Part shown: in pieces, positions 24,966 to 37,710 of the stretch | Numbering within the stretch: position 1 is the stretch's first letter | Layout of the letters: each line of letters starts with the position of its first letter | Source of the DNA: Dendrobates tinctorius | Lineage: Eukaryota | Length of the DNA stretch: 64,000 nt | Direction of reading: 5' to 3' | NCBI RefSeq assembly: GCF_039654945.1 | Contig: NW_027361806.1 | Location: 20,956,001 to 21,020,000, forward strand | Notes under the pieces: model-generated | The model's database searches: none | What the model saw: the letters and a program-made list of their open reading frames with translations, nothing else | Told to the model about the DNA's origin: nothing | Made by a program: the position numbers and the translations under genes

Positions 24966-26153
24966 TTATTTTTTGTTTTTAATTAAAAAAAATATGTAAC
25001 TTTGGAGATTTTTTTGTCAACACTCTATTTTTTTTATCATTTGCCTACTGTACGAGAGCCAAACACCTGGGTTCTTCACCGTTACCTTTGTTTTTTGGAT
25101 TTTTTGGGGGTGTTCCTTGTAAGGAAAAAATAACCTGGTAACATGGCGATACCAAACTTGTGGTATATAGTTTTTTTTTATTCAAGTAGTAATATAAAAG
25201 TTTGACTTTTGTAAAAAAAAAAAATACAATAAAAAGAAAAGTAGCTTTTGTCTCTATTTTTATGAGACCTATAAGTTTTCTATTTTTTCCGTGTTGGGTC
25301 ATTAATTTCATATTTTGGTAAATCGGACATTAACGTATTTGGCGAAGACAAATATGCCAAATACATTTGATTTATTGGGGTATAAACTACAATACTACTG
25401 TATTACAGGACATGAATCAAACTGGCATTCTCCTGTGAAGCCCAGCTGATGGCTCCCACCAGTGCGACTCCCACCGATTACGAGATGTGAATGGAGCCGT
25501 AGTCAGCATGTGCACCCACTGCTCCATTCTTTGCGTGTAGGCACGGTGGTCACACATGCTCAGTACAGCTTCTTTCACATAGACGACATTGGTCTGCCAT
25601 TCCTGGGGGTCTTCGAAGCTCAACTCCCAGTGATCTTTTTTTTTTTTTGTTTGTTAACAGGTGATAAATGTTGTTTATGGAACTTCCCCTTTAATTGCTA
25701 GAACCAATACCCCCCATATTCCATACAAACTTGGATTGGACATATCAAAGCCATGTTGACCTGTCTCTTATTGAAAACAATATCAATCCAGGACTTTTTC
25801 TAGATTCATTTAAAGACAGACAGGCTACAGTTATGGCCAAAAGTATTGACACCCCTGCAATTCTGTCAGATAATACTCAGTTTCTTCCTGAAAATGATTG
25901 CAAACACAAATTCTTTGTTATTATTATCTTCATTTAATTTGTCTTAAATGAAAAAACACAAAAAGAATTGTCCTAAAGCCAAATTGGATATAATTCCACA
26001 CCAAACATAAAAAAGGAGGGTGGACAAAAGTATTGGCACTGTTCGAAAAATCATGTGATGCTTCTCTAATTTGTGTAATTAACAGCACCTGTTACTTACC
26101 TGTGGCACCTAACAGGTGTTGGCAATAACTAAATCTCACTTGCAGCCAGTTGA

Positions 26154-26885
<732 letters not shown>

Positions 26886-27067
26886 TAGCATAATGTAGGG
26901 CCCAGTGTGAGAAAGCTGGGTCTCCCTCAGAGGTCATGGGTCTTCCAGCAGGACAATGACCCAAAACACACTTCAAAAAGCACTAGAAAATGGTTTGAGA
27001 GAAAGCACTGGAGACTTCTAAGGTGACCAGCAATGAGTCCAGACCTGAATCCCATAGAACACCTGTG

Positions 27068-27518
27068 AAACTTCAGATTCCTTGGGATAGATTCATGGAC
27101 TTCAGTGCGCTGCTAGACAAATTCACTAATCCAGGTTGTGAGGAAGATTAACTGTTTATTTCCCAACGCGTTTCAAAGTGTATACCACTTCTTCATCAGG
27201 GGATGACATATATATAGATATATGTCATCCCCTGATGAAGAAGTGGTATACACTTTGAAACGCGTTGGGAAATAAACAGTTAATCTTTCTCACAACCTGG
27301 ATTAGTGAATTTGTCTAGCAGCGCACTGAAGTCCATGAATCTATCCCAAGGAATCTGAAGTTTTACGGTCACAGAGCTGACCTTTGGACGTGCAGCAAGC
27401 TGACTACGATCTTACATGCCTGAACCTCTCCTGAAAAGGGTGAGTAGATTCTAATTTATTCTTCTAACAATAACCCGGATAAGACCCTATTGCGCTTTTT
27501 GTTCCTTTAGTTTGATTG
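27068..27518 (+). mobile_element. Non-autonomous Penelope-like insertion with an inverted pseudo-LTR segment
   Basis: 15-bp TSD CATAGAACACCTGTG (27053-27067 and 27519-27533). 27068-27363 is a near-perfect palindrome. Hammerhead core, AATAAA and a GT-AG intron-like segment (27440-27510). Confidence 0.8.
27228..27270 (+). ncRNA. Minimal type I hammerhead ribozyme motif (mirror copy on the minus strand at 27161-27203)
   Basis: Stem I TCCC/GGGA, core CTGATGA, extra A, stem II GAAGTG/CACTTT, then GAAA. Palindromic stem III ACGCGT; predicted GUU cleavage triplet. Confidence 0.75.
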
Positions 27519-28816
27519 CATAGAACACCTGTGGAGAGATCTAAAAATGGCAGTTTGGAGAAGGCACCCTTCAAATATCAGGGACCTGGAGCAGTTTGCC
27601 AAAGAAGAATGGTCTAAAATTCCAGCAGAGCATTGTAAGAAACTCATTGATGGTTACCGAAAGCGGTTGGTCGCAGTTATTTTGGCTAAAGGTTGTGCAA
27701 CCAAGTATTAGGCTGAGGGTGCCAATACTTTTGTCCGGCCCATTTTTGGAGTTTTATGTGAAATGATCAATGTTTTGCTTTTTGCTTCATTCTCTTTTGT
27801 GTTTTTTCATTTAAGACAAATTAAATGAAGATAATACCAAAGAATTTGTGTTTGCAATCATTTTCAGGAACAAACTGAGTATTATCTGACAGAATTGCAG
27901 GGGTGTCAATACTTTTGGCCACAACTGTATAAAGATTTGATCGAGGAGGATTAGAACGCAAGATGAAGGCAAAGGTTTTTGGTGCTACTGGCCGTATAAG
28001 CAGTTAAAAGCCACATAGAGCGGAGGATTGAGGGAAAAATTGCTCGTGGAGGAAGACTAGGTGAGAGCGAAGGTTGTGGTTGTGCCTTGGTTGAGCGGCA
28101 ATACCAGCCATACAGAAGGAAAGGTGCCCACATAGACAATGTGGGCAATGAGTCCTTGTCTCCATCATTCTTCTGATCAGCAGCGGCGCCAGGAGTCGGA
28201 ACCGTAGATCAAATATTGTTTGCCGATAGGTCTTATGTTTGCTGATAGGTCTTAAGATATTAAGACTAACCGTCATTATAAATATCCCAGATTAGAGTCT
28301 CATTGGTTCAAGGGAACCAAATAATAAATCTCGGAGATAAGGGAACCGCCAAATGATAAAGTTTGAAGGCAACCTTACTCTAAATCAGTGGGACCATGAC
28401 ATCGGCATGATAATATCTCTTAAGTGACAGTGTACCTACACCTATAACCTTATATGCACCCATGTGATCAATTACTTATTAGAAAAAAAGTGGATTTCCT
28501 ATTGGTCGGTAACTATATTAGGGCTTATCCACACATTCGATAGGAGACCATGACTTAATGGGCAGACACCTCCAATTTCATCTTTGGTTCATCATTTTTG
28601 GGGTTCCTTCTATAATAACCATTGTGACCTGTGTGTGACATGATAACAAAAGAATGGACACTGGACTTAAAAGTGGATGTGCCCCTATTCTGAAAAATTT
28701 CAGAATGGACCCTCAAATTATTTCTCATGGTGGACCCTGGGTTCTTCAGAAGTCCTGAGATGTTGTATATATATACTTTCTCTTCTAAGGTCGTACTCAG
28801 CTCTATCTCACATTAC

Positions 28817-29140
28817 CTTGCTGGGTACAGGTGACATGTTGATGTATAATTCAGGGTTAAGAGCCTTGAACCTTCCCTCGAGTTTCCAATCTTCAATGAT
28901 TTCTTCATCGGAAACAACAAAGTTATCCAGGGCTTTTAACGACCATATACTATTGACGACTATATGCCTATAACTCTTCTGCAGGCTCAGCGGCGTGTCA
29001 TACAGTGTCAGTCCGGTCAGATTTGGACAGGAGGACAGGGATTCGATGTTAGCCACACTTCTGATGCGATTGTCATGCAGATAAAGCAGCTTCAAGCTCC
29101 TTAATTGCCTCCAAAATTCCAGATCTGGCAGATTCTGAAT
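28817..29140 (-). CDS. lrriq3: LRRIQ3 LRR / LRR-cap exon (324 nt)
   Basis: Splice sites tttctttcag|ATT...AAG|gtaatg. Encodes LRSLKLLYLHDNRI..CPNLTGLTLYDTPL..YRHIVVNSIWSLKALD. Confidence 0.95.
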
Positions 29141-30666
29141 CTGAAAGAAACAAGAACTGAGGTCATTACTCGTGAAGGCCCAGAAACCTACGTTAAAACT
29201 CCTTAGCCCCAATGTAAAATCTGTAAGAGCCCCCTCCCCTCCCAAAGGACTATTCATCCTTTTGTAATACTGGTATCTACCTATGCGGTAGAATGGCTTT
29301 TCAGTCTCCTCCTTGTGACCCACTTGGATCGTTATGTTACTTAGTTATTGGTTTTGCTGGATAAACCTTGTTTCCTACCTTACATAATCTTTTGGTCGCC
29401 ATCTCCTGTCGCTAGGATAGGCCATGCTTCTGTTAACAGAAGTGTAATATTAGGGAGTGGGGGGTCCACCGCCAATTTGCTTCATTGCATGAACAAGCTT
29501 CTAAGTGTGAAATTGGTAATTAGATGAGATGTGATCCAACCCTTGCTCTTCTGCTCTGTCCTCTGCTACAATAACAAAGCTCTGCCCCTGAGGAGCTGAT
29601 GAACCAAGAAAAGTATGAGGATGCATACCGCGGATGGTGTGGACTACCTGGAGGAGCCCGTTTAGGAATCCTCAAATTAGTTTTGTTTCTTTATAATATT
29701 GTTCTGCCCCAAGTATTCTTGACAATGACAAATGATGTTAAAGTTAATTACATTTAATTTTCTACATTTAAAAAAAAAAAAAGATATTTTTGGCGATGCT
29801 CATCACGAAAGACCATTTTCCCCAAGATTCTCTGTATATTTAAACGACTTTATTTTTAACATTCATTTGTTCTTGCAACAATGGACAGCGCGGTCACCTG
29901 ATCGCACATATAGACCTGATTAAAAGTACTGTCAGCTGGGAGAAAGTAGCGAGAAGATAAATTATGCTCTTGCAATTAAATTGTCCTTATTGTACTTCAA
30001 CAGGAAGCTTCCCGGGTGACTTCACTAAAAATAAATGAGACGCTGGGAACTCTTTTCATCATCTGTTTTCTAAGTGAGTTGCAAATTCAAAAGTTAGAGG
30101 AAAGTTGTAGGGTCTCCACAACTTCTTCAAGTTAATTATAGGTCATTTATCATACGTTCTTGTATCTTGCTCTGTGCTTTGTCCTACGTGACTCTTTGGG
30201 TCATATTTTGGCTATTGTATGGGTATTTTTGACTATTCTAAAAAGTACAGCTGACCCTCCTGGAATCAGTGCGACGTTTCTCATGGGTCCAGAGTCAGGG
30301 AAATTTATGTGGTCCGGGGGGCGGTTACTGGAAATTGACGCATTGTTGCTCCTTAGACTTCAATCCTTTTAATTCCTTAACAACCAGTCAATATTTTTCA
30401 TCTATTATTTTCTTTTTTTGGCCGCTGTTTTGGGGTACAAATAAATTACTGTGTAATTCAGATTATTTTTGTAGTTGCATAAATAGAAAAAAAAATGAAT
30501 TTTTGGTATATTTTTATTTTTGTACAGTTACTTTCATTTATTATTTTTACTATGCGAGTTACATACAAAATCACCTACTGTGATTTTTTTTTCCAGGTTA
30601 TTACGGACATATTGATACCTAAATTGTGCAGGTTTTTTCTTGTTTTCTATACATATTGAAATGTAT

Positions 30667-30715
<49 letters not shown>

Positions 30716-30718
<3 letters not shown>

Positions 30719-31261
30719 GGTGCCAAGGAAATGCATGGTAAAAATTAAGTCGTATGTTTTTGAAGGTCTTGCCTCCTAGTTTTGTTCCTTTTTGTTCCTA
30801 GATATTTTATAATTTTCTTTTTTTAAGATTAGTTATGCTGGTTGCTCAATGGCACATCATATTGCAGTTTTAAATGTTTGTTCAGTATTTATCGTTATGT
30901 ATGGTATGTTATGCCGTTTACCGATCAGATTAATTGATTTTATATTTTGAAAGATCGGGCGTTTCTGAACGTGGCGATACCAAATATGTGTATATATTTT
31001 TTTAACCCTTTAATTTTCAATGGGGCGAAAGGGGGGTGATTTGAACTTTTAGGCTTTTTAATTTTTTTTTTTAATTTTTAAAAAAAATGTTTACATTTTT
31101 TTTACTAGTCCACATGGAATAATTCACATGCCTTGAGCAAGTGGTAAATCTAAATTTAATGTCAACATATTTTACATGGTGAATCCTTATGCCTAAAAGG
31201 AACAAATTTGAGGGGTAAAGACTTACCAATTTTCAAATTTCATTTTTCCTTGGCACACTAA
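30716..31261. mobile_element. Non-autonomous TIR element embedded in a (TA)n microsatellite
   Basis: TIRs TTAGGGTGCCAAGGAAA / TTTCCTTGGCACACTAA, with (TA)n runs directly on both sides (30670-30715 and 31262-31280). Confidence 0.6.
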
Positions 31262-32042
31262 TATATATATATATATATATCTGACAGCCGGGGACTATGG
31301 TAAAAACTATAGAAATTAGCAGTAAATAGAAAGAATCATAGTTCTAGAACGCTATGATTGATGTAAAAGAAAATCAGAAAGTCTCAGGAGAGCAGAGTAA
31401 TAAAATAATAGCAAGAACTGGACACTTGTGACCTGGTAACCGATCCTCTTTAGGGGCTTCTACGAGAATAAAACAATACGGTCATACTTGTCAATGGGCT
31501 GTCTGCAACATTCAAGTCAACGAGTCTGAGGTGCAATACCAGGCACTGCCTATAGACATGAGTGGCGCTATTTCTAGAAAAAAATGCCTACACTGTCTGG
31601 TCTCCCATCTATAACAAGTCATTCACCTTTAGGTAAAACATGGCTCAGTAGCGTTTTTAACATTTCATTGAGTTTAAGCTGCAATATCAGCCACAACCTA
31701 TGGATGAGAGTGGCACTATTTATGGAAGTAATTAGCCTTTTTTTTTTTTACTACTAAAACCCCCTTTTTTTGGATGGATTTCCTCTTTAACAAATTGGTC
31801 ACACTGTGTTTTAACACTTCAAAGTCGCTAAAGTGCAATATCTGATTAAACTAAGAATAGGAGTAGTCGGAGAAGCGATGCCTCTGGAAACGCTCAACAT
31901 GCGTTCCCCTATAAATATAAAATGGTTGTATAGAAGATGCAAATCCAAGTTTGGCCTGTGGACACGGGTGGCGCTATTTTAGTAGAAAGTTGAAAAGATC
32001 TTTCCAATCTAAAACATCCCTTTAAGATGACTTTACCCTTAA

Positions 32043-32327
32043 AGGGTTGGTCCCATAAACAACATTTTTCGCCTATCATCAGGCTAGATGATAAATATGT
32101 GATTCCTGGGGATCTGACAGCTAAAGCCCCCCTCGGTGAGGTCATGAGAATGTGAGGCCCAAAGTGCACTGTGTGAATGGGGCGTTAGTGCAGACGTGAT
32201 GGAAGCAGTGGTTGCACACGCTCACTAAGTGACGTCCGGACCCTCATTGTCTTGATCGACGGAGCAATCATACAGTTATCAGCCGTACTGTGGATAGCTG
32301 ATAAATGCTGTTTATGAGACTGCCCCT
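32043..32327. mobile_element. TTAA-type (T2/Kolobok-like) MITE
   Basis: TTAA|AGGGTTGGTCCCATAAACAACATTT ... AAATGCTGTTTATGAGACTGCCCCT|TTAA. Confidence 0.65.
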
Positions 32328-32496
32328 TTAAATAAAGAGAAATTATCAATAGAAATTAAACCCATGAATGAGACTGAGCTGCAATACCAAGAACAGCCAG
32401 TGAAGAAGAGGGGGGCGCTGTTTATAAAAGAAAGTAACAACGTTGTACTTAAATAACATATTGAAAAATATCGACGACAGCTATAAAACACCTTAC

Positions 32497-32751
32497 CTGA
32501 TTCCCGTGCAGGTCTAAGGTCACGATGTGCACACAGTTCCTCAGCGCTGCGACGTCCGTCAGGTAGTTATTGGCCAGGGTGCAGGACCTCAGGGCCGAGC
32601 ACGAGTCCAGGACGCTCACCTGCCGTAAGAGCTGTTTACTTAGATTTAAAGTCACAAGTTTCTCGAGTTCCGCGGTCCGACAATTATCAAGGAAGCGTCC
32701 ATGGTCAAGTAAAATGTTCTCTGAGGCCGACACGAGATACTGCTCCTCCAT
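32497..32751 (-). CDS. lrriq3: LRRIQ3 first coding exon (MEEQYLVS...LDLHGNQ); the exon extends to the acceptor at 32775
   Basis: ATG in a good Kozak context (ACCATGG), LRR units LRSCTLANNYL and IVTLDLHGNQ, donor CAG|gtaagg, acceptor ttttacag|GATCC. Divergent arrangement with fpgt matches the known vertebrate synteny. Confidence 0.92.
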
Positions 32752-32790
32752 GGTGTCAGATTATCGGTCGGGATCCTGTAAAATATCCAG

Positions 32791-33048
32791 AATAAATAAT
32801 AACCTTTATATAGAGCTAACATATTCCGCAGCGCTTTACAGCTTGCACACATTATCATCACTGTCCCTGACAGGGCTCACAATCTATATTCCCTATCAGT
32901 ATGTCTTTGGAACGAAACTGAAGAACCCAGAGAAAACCCACGCAAACACGGCGAGAACATACAAACTCCTTGCAGATGTTGTCCTTGGGGGGATTCAAAC
33001 CCAGGACTCCAGCCCTGCAGTGCTAACCACTGAGCCATTGTGTTGCCC
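32791..33048 (-). mobile_element. tRNA-derived V-SINE-like element
   Basis: Minus-strand head with A box TGGCTCAGTGG and B box GGTTTGAATCC. V-domain-like GTTTGTATGTTCTCGCCGTGTTTGCGTGGGTTT. L2-like tail TGTAAAGCGCTGCGGAATATG..TATATAAA..TTATT. Confidence 0.8.
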
Positions 33049-33531
33049 AGGTCACACATAGGAAGGCCAGATGTAGATACAGCAAGGGCCACCAGGGCCG
33101 GCAAACTGGGCAGCTGTCAGGGGAGCGCTTCATAAGGGGCACCAACATACGGAGCAAACAAAAAAAACTACGTAAGATTAGTTAGCGGGGGGTTTATTTG
33201 GGAACTGAGCTGCAGCATTATGTGGGGACTATATGGCATTATTATATGGCCGCTATAATGCATTAATAGCTGGGTAATACACTGTATGGTACTGGGTATC
33301 TGTGAGTGGCATGACACCCTATAACAGTATAATATAATCTCTCTATGGCAGTATTATCATTGCTCATTAAAACGGAATTATGTAACTTTATGTGTCAGTA
33401 TTGTCTCGGCACTTTATAGTAGTTTTATGTATCTATATAGCATTATTATCTTGACACTGTATAACAGTATTATGCAAACTCTACATGGCAGTATTATTTT
33501 GGCAGTAAACAGCAGTAGTATGTAACTATAA

Positions 33532-34150
33532 GGCCGGGGTCACACTGGCGAGGAATACGGACGAGTGAGAGGCGCTAAAAGCACGCATTACACACGGACA
33601 AATGATTCTCTATGGGGTCCCTCGCACCAGCCGTATATTTCTCATCCGTATTCTACGCTCCGTGCCAATCGCAGCATGCTGGGACTGTCAGCGTACTACG
33701 GCCGTAATACGCCAATGCAAGTCTATGGGTGCGCCAAAAATACGGATTACACACGGACCACACATGTGACTTGTGAGAAATACGCACCCGGTGTCTTTTA
33801 GAAAAGCCGGCAATTCAGTGCGCTATACAGTAAACTCACACTGACAATTTTAATAGAGAAAGAAAGAATAGATATAGACACATAGAATATCTATATATAT
33901 GCATTTTATGTGTCTATATCTATTCTTTGCTTTGTGTTATAAACCCTGTCATAGGGCTCCATTATATGTCCATTTTGCAATTCGGCGAGAAAATCTCGCC
34001 ATACGGATTACATACGGATTACATACAGATGCTGACATGCACAAAATACGCGACCACACCTTGATACGGAGCACTGTTTAGGGGTCATTCATCCGTATTA
34101 CGCATGTAAAATACTGACCGTATTTTGCGTCGGTTAGTGTGACCCCGGCC
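33532..34150. mobile_element. Harbinger-like MITE (GGCCGGGGTCACACT family)
   Basis: Perfect 15-bp TIRs flanked by TAA and TTA. Confidence 0.85.
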
Positions 34151-35573
34151 TTAGGCAATATTATCTTGGGACTTTCTAACAATATTATGGAGCAGTATTC
34201 AGCACTGTATATGGCAGAAATATATTGGCACTTTTTAGCACTACTATGTAACTATAAGCAGCATTATCCTGACACCTGTTAGCGGTATTATATACTTGTA
34301 TATGGCAGTATTATCTCGACATGTCATTGCACTTTCTAGCAGTATCATATAAACACTATGTGACCACTGTTTTGGCATTATACGGCATGTTTTGTGGGCT
34401 GATATAATATAGTAATGACAAGTGCTACATTATCTGTTACCAAATTTCAATGACGAGACCTTTGGCCCATAAATAAGTCACATTTTAAACTAAGGGCATG
34501 CGCGCACGTTCAGTATTTGGTGCAGACATTTCTGCATCGCTTGGCAGAAAAAAAGCAGCATAAAATATACACGTTTTTGGAACAGATTTTTCTAATTATT
34601 AGTCTGAGTGAAATCTGCAGCAAAAGCGCAGAAAGAATTGACATAAAGCAGATTAATATCTGCCCCAGGAGTTACAGGAGACCCCTAAAGGAGGGACATT
34701 TGTGGACGGCTCCTGTTTGGAAAGAATTCTGAATTAGGAGCTTGCTATTTAAGCAATTCCTCTATGTGTTGGTATAAATATCAATCAATCTTGTTTTCAG
34801 TGTGTGAACATCACTTTGACATTTGAATTACCGTTCTGTAGACAGAGGCCGGTGCACGGCTCCATTCAAGTCTATGGGAATTATACAACAGCACCATATA
34901 TCAAGGACCACACATTCATGGGGAACCGCCGAAAAATTAGACGTTGGGACTCCTCCATGCACCTGCTGGAAAAATACCAAGGGCTTCTCACATTTTTTAT
35001 TTTACATTGTAACTTGTTTTTACAGGAGTTTCTCAAGTTCTATAAAGAATTTTAAAGGAAAAGTGCCAAAAAAATCCCGAGAGCAAGCACAAAAATTCAA
35101 TTAAAATGCCATGAGGCTCTCACATTTGTTATTCAGGTTTTTTTTTTTTTTTTGCATTTTAATGGTTTATTTCTGGGAGGATTTTTTCAAGTGCTATAAA
35201 GAAGTTGAATGGAAAAGTGTCCCCCAAAACACCATCCCGAGAGCATGTGGCATTTAAAAATAAAACACAAAAATACCATGAAAAATACCAGGAAAAAACA
35301 GCCAGATTTCATGAAAGCCAAGTCCACGGACTGGGAGGAATTTGCAGCATTAATGTACATGAGACTGTGTGGACCCTGTGCAATGGTGTGAATAAGCCCT
35401 TAATCAGACTTTTTGCAAGGCTTCCCATGTCCTGGAGGGAGAGGAAGGGTTAATCAGTGTGGCAGGGGCAGCAGGGAGATCAGTGCCAGCTGCTGGCAGC
35501 GCCCATTCTATACAGGCGGGCAGGTATACATATATACCCGGCTATTCCCAGGTGGCGGCTTCCTGACAGTTAC

Positions 35574-35647
35574 CTGCGCTCCGCCGCTTGTCTCCCATGG
35601 AATGTTCAGATACAACATTGTGTGCTGCATTCCGTTGCCATGGAAAC
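35574..35647 (-). promoter_or_regulatory. lrriq3: Putative lrriq3 promoter and non-coding first exon with an RFX X-box
   Basis: GTTGCCATGGAAAC at 35634-35647 fits the X-box consensus. A minus-strand donor GCAG|gtaact lies at 35574/35573, and the first coding exon has an acceptor that needs an upstream exon. Confidence 0.6.
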
Positions 35648-36301
35648 CACAACAAGCCTTAAAGGGCCAGAGCCACCAGGCCTGACCTGCCTCTACACTG
35701 TCAGGCAGCAAAGCCAGAATGATGACGTGGAAAAAACATCATCCAAAATATTAACAAAAAAGTAAATTTAAAGCAAAAATTAGATTTAAACCACAGGCGA
35801 TATTCTGCTGTGCTGCTGTGGGATAAGGTCATCAGTTCATGCATCTAGTCGTTAATAGTAAGGCTGCGTTCACACCAGGAGCTTTTGATGTTGCAGATTT
35901 TCTGCTACCTGCATTCTTTCATTGTGTTTTTTTGTTACATTAGTGACACTCGTTGGTCGCTCATGTTTTATATTAGGCCACTTTGCTTTTGCTTCTTGTG
36001 GGTATTTGGCTTTGACCAATCGTTATTGACACGCTTGGGTGCAGATTACACGCGTTTATGACGCAGCGACGCACTAAGAACCCGCGGGCGTTTATTTTTA
36101 CTTGTAGAAATTCCGCATCTAATACAAGTCTATGGGAAAAATCGCCACACAAAGCTCAGCGTATCCGCAAAAGTAGGAGAAGGAGGTGGCACGCTGCGGA
36201 TACGAAAGGCGACCCGAAGGTGAGTTTACGACGAGTAAAAAGAGAGTGGAGTGTTCCGGAGATCTCCATGAGTCCCATCCACTCTGCGGGAGCTGTGATA
36301 A

Positions 36302-37207
36302 GGCGACGTTCACACCAAGCGTTTATTAAGTAAAATACTCGCCTCAAAAACTCCCCCGACTCTTTGTGTCGATCTCTCATGATTTGTATTAGGCTGTGTG
36401 CACACGCTGCGGATTTTGCTGCGGTTCCGCAGCGGTTTTGGCCGCTGCGGACCCGCAGCAGTTTCTGCTGCGGTGTACAGTACAATGATTCCCTATGGGA
36501 ATCAAAATCCGCAGTGCAGACGGTGCGGAATTTTCCGCGCTGATTATCTGCGGTTTTCAATCCGCAGAAAGAATTGACATGTCAATTCTTTCTGCGGATT
36601 CTCCTGCGGTTTGCTATCTCCTCCATTGAGGAGATGAAAAACCGCAGGGCAAAAGCGCAGAGCAATCCGCAGGTAAAACCGCAGGTCTTTTGACCTGCGG
36701 TTTCACCTGCGGATTGTACAAAATCCGCGCGGATGAATCCGCACCTTTTCCGCAGCGTGTGCACACAGCCTTAGATGCGAGAATCCGCAGGTGAAAACTG
36801 CCCCGTGTATATAGTGCCATCAGCGTCGGAGGGGGCAGTAACACCAGTGACACTGACTTTTGGGGCCACTTTTCACCTGCATACAAATATCGCACTCCCC
36901 TCATTCAATACCTACACCTCTATATAACAATAAACTGTCTATTTCGGGTGATGAATGATGAGACGCTGCTTTTTTTTCTGTACAGAGTGAATTATGCCAA
37001 GTGCTGCCCGTACAGTGGGGTTGGGGGCTCAGATCTGCGCAGGGGCCCACCGGGGGATTGCCCTGCTCCCCTGTGGGGCAGTCCGAGCCTGAGTGCAATG
37101 CTGCGGCAGAAACGCGCCGTTCCTGCACCCGTTAATACGTTACTTGTGTTTTTTCAAAACTATGCACTATAAAAACCTCACCAAAAACTCATGGTGTGAA
37201 CGTCGCC
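36302..37207. mobile_element. Harbinger-like MITE hosting a nested MITE
   Basis: TIRs GGCGACGTTCACACCA / TGGTGTGAACGTCGCC with a TAA TSD. Confidence 0.75.
36392..36770. mobile_element. Nested Harbinger-like MITE (GGCTRTGTGCACACG family)
   Basis: TIRs GGCTGTGTGCACACGCTGCGG / CCGCAGCGTGTGCACACAGCC with a TTA TSD. Confidence 0.85.
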
Positions 37208-37414
37208 TAATAAAAACTAGTTGTATAATTACATCACACACAATACATCGGCTGCACGACTTTTTTTTTGTAATTTGCAATTTTTTTATAGATGTAAAAT
37301 GCAGTTTATTTTTTATGCTTTATCTTATGGTCACGCTGCTGCAGCTTTAGGAAGGTATATGAGAGAAAAGCAGAAAGAAACGATCTGACCTAAGGGAGGG
37401 AGGAGTCTCTACTG

Positions 37415-37710
37415 GGACACGCCCCTCAGACGAGAGCTCCGCCCTCTGGCTGACGTCACACGCCCGTCCTAGATGGGACGTGGCCGGTGCTCGCCCTGAA
37501 CAATCATGGCCGCTGCGGAGGACACGTGTCCGCTGACGTCACTGGTGACGTCTGGCTGGAGTCACCTGTCCCCGCACCTCCGGGATGTGTGAGCCGGGAG
37601 CGGGTGGTCTGCAGGGGGAGACGCACCGGAGGCTGGCGCGGTACAGCGCCCTGAGAGGTGGGTGTGCACTGCGCCGTGGGCAGGCTGCGGCTTCTAGTGT
37701 CACGTGACCT
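37415..37710 (+). promoter_or_regulatory. fpgt: CpG-rich fpgt promoter region
   Basis: GC boxes; two full CRE palindromes TGACGTCA (37451 and 37534); E-boxes GACACGTGTC (37521) and GTCACGTGAC (37699). Confidence 0.65.
37585..37657 (+). CDS. fpgt: Fucose-1-phosphate guanylyltransferase exon 1 (MCEPGAGGLQGETHRRLARYSALRG)
   Basis: Resembles the vertebrate FPGT N-terminus (L..T.R.L.RFS.LRG). Donor GAGAG|gtgggt, phase 1. Confidence 0.8.
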
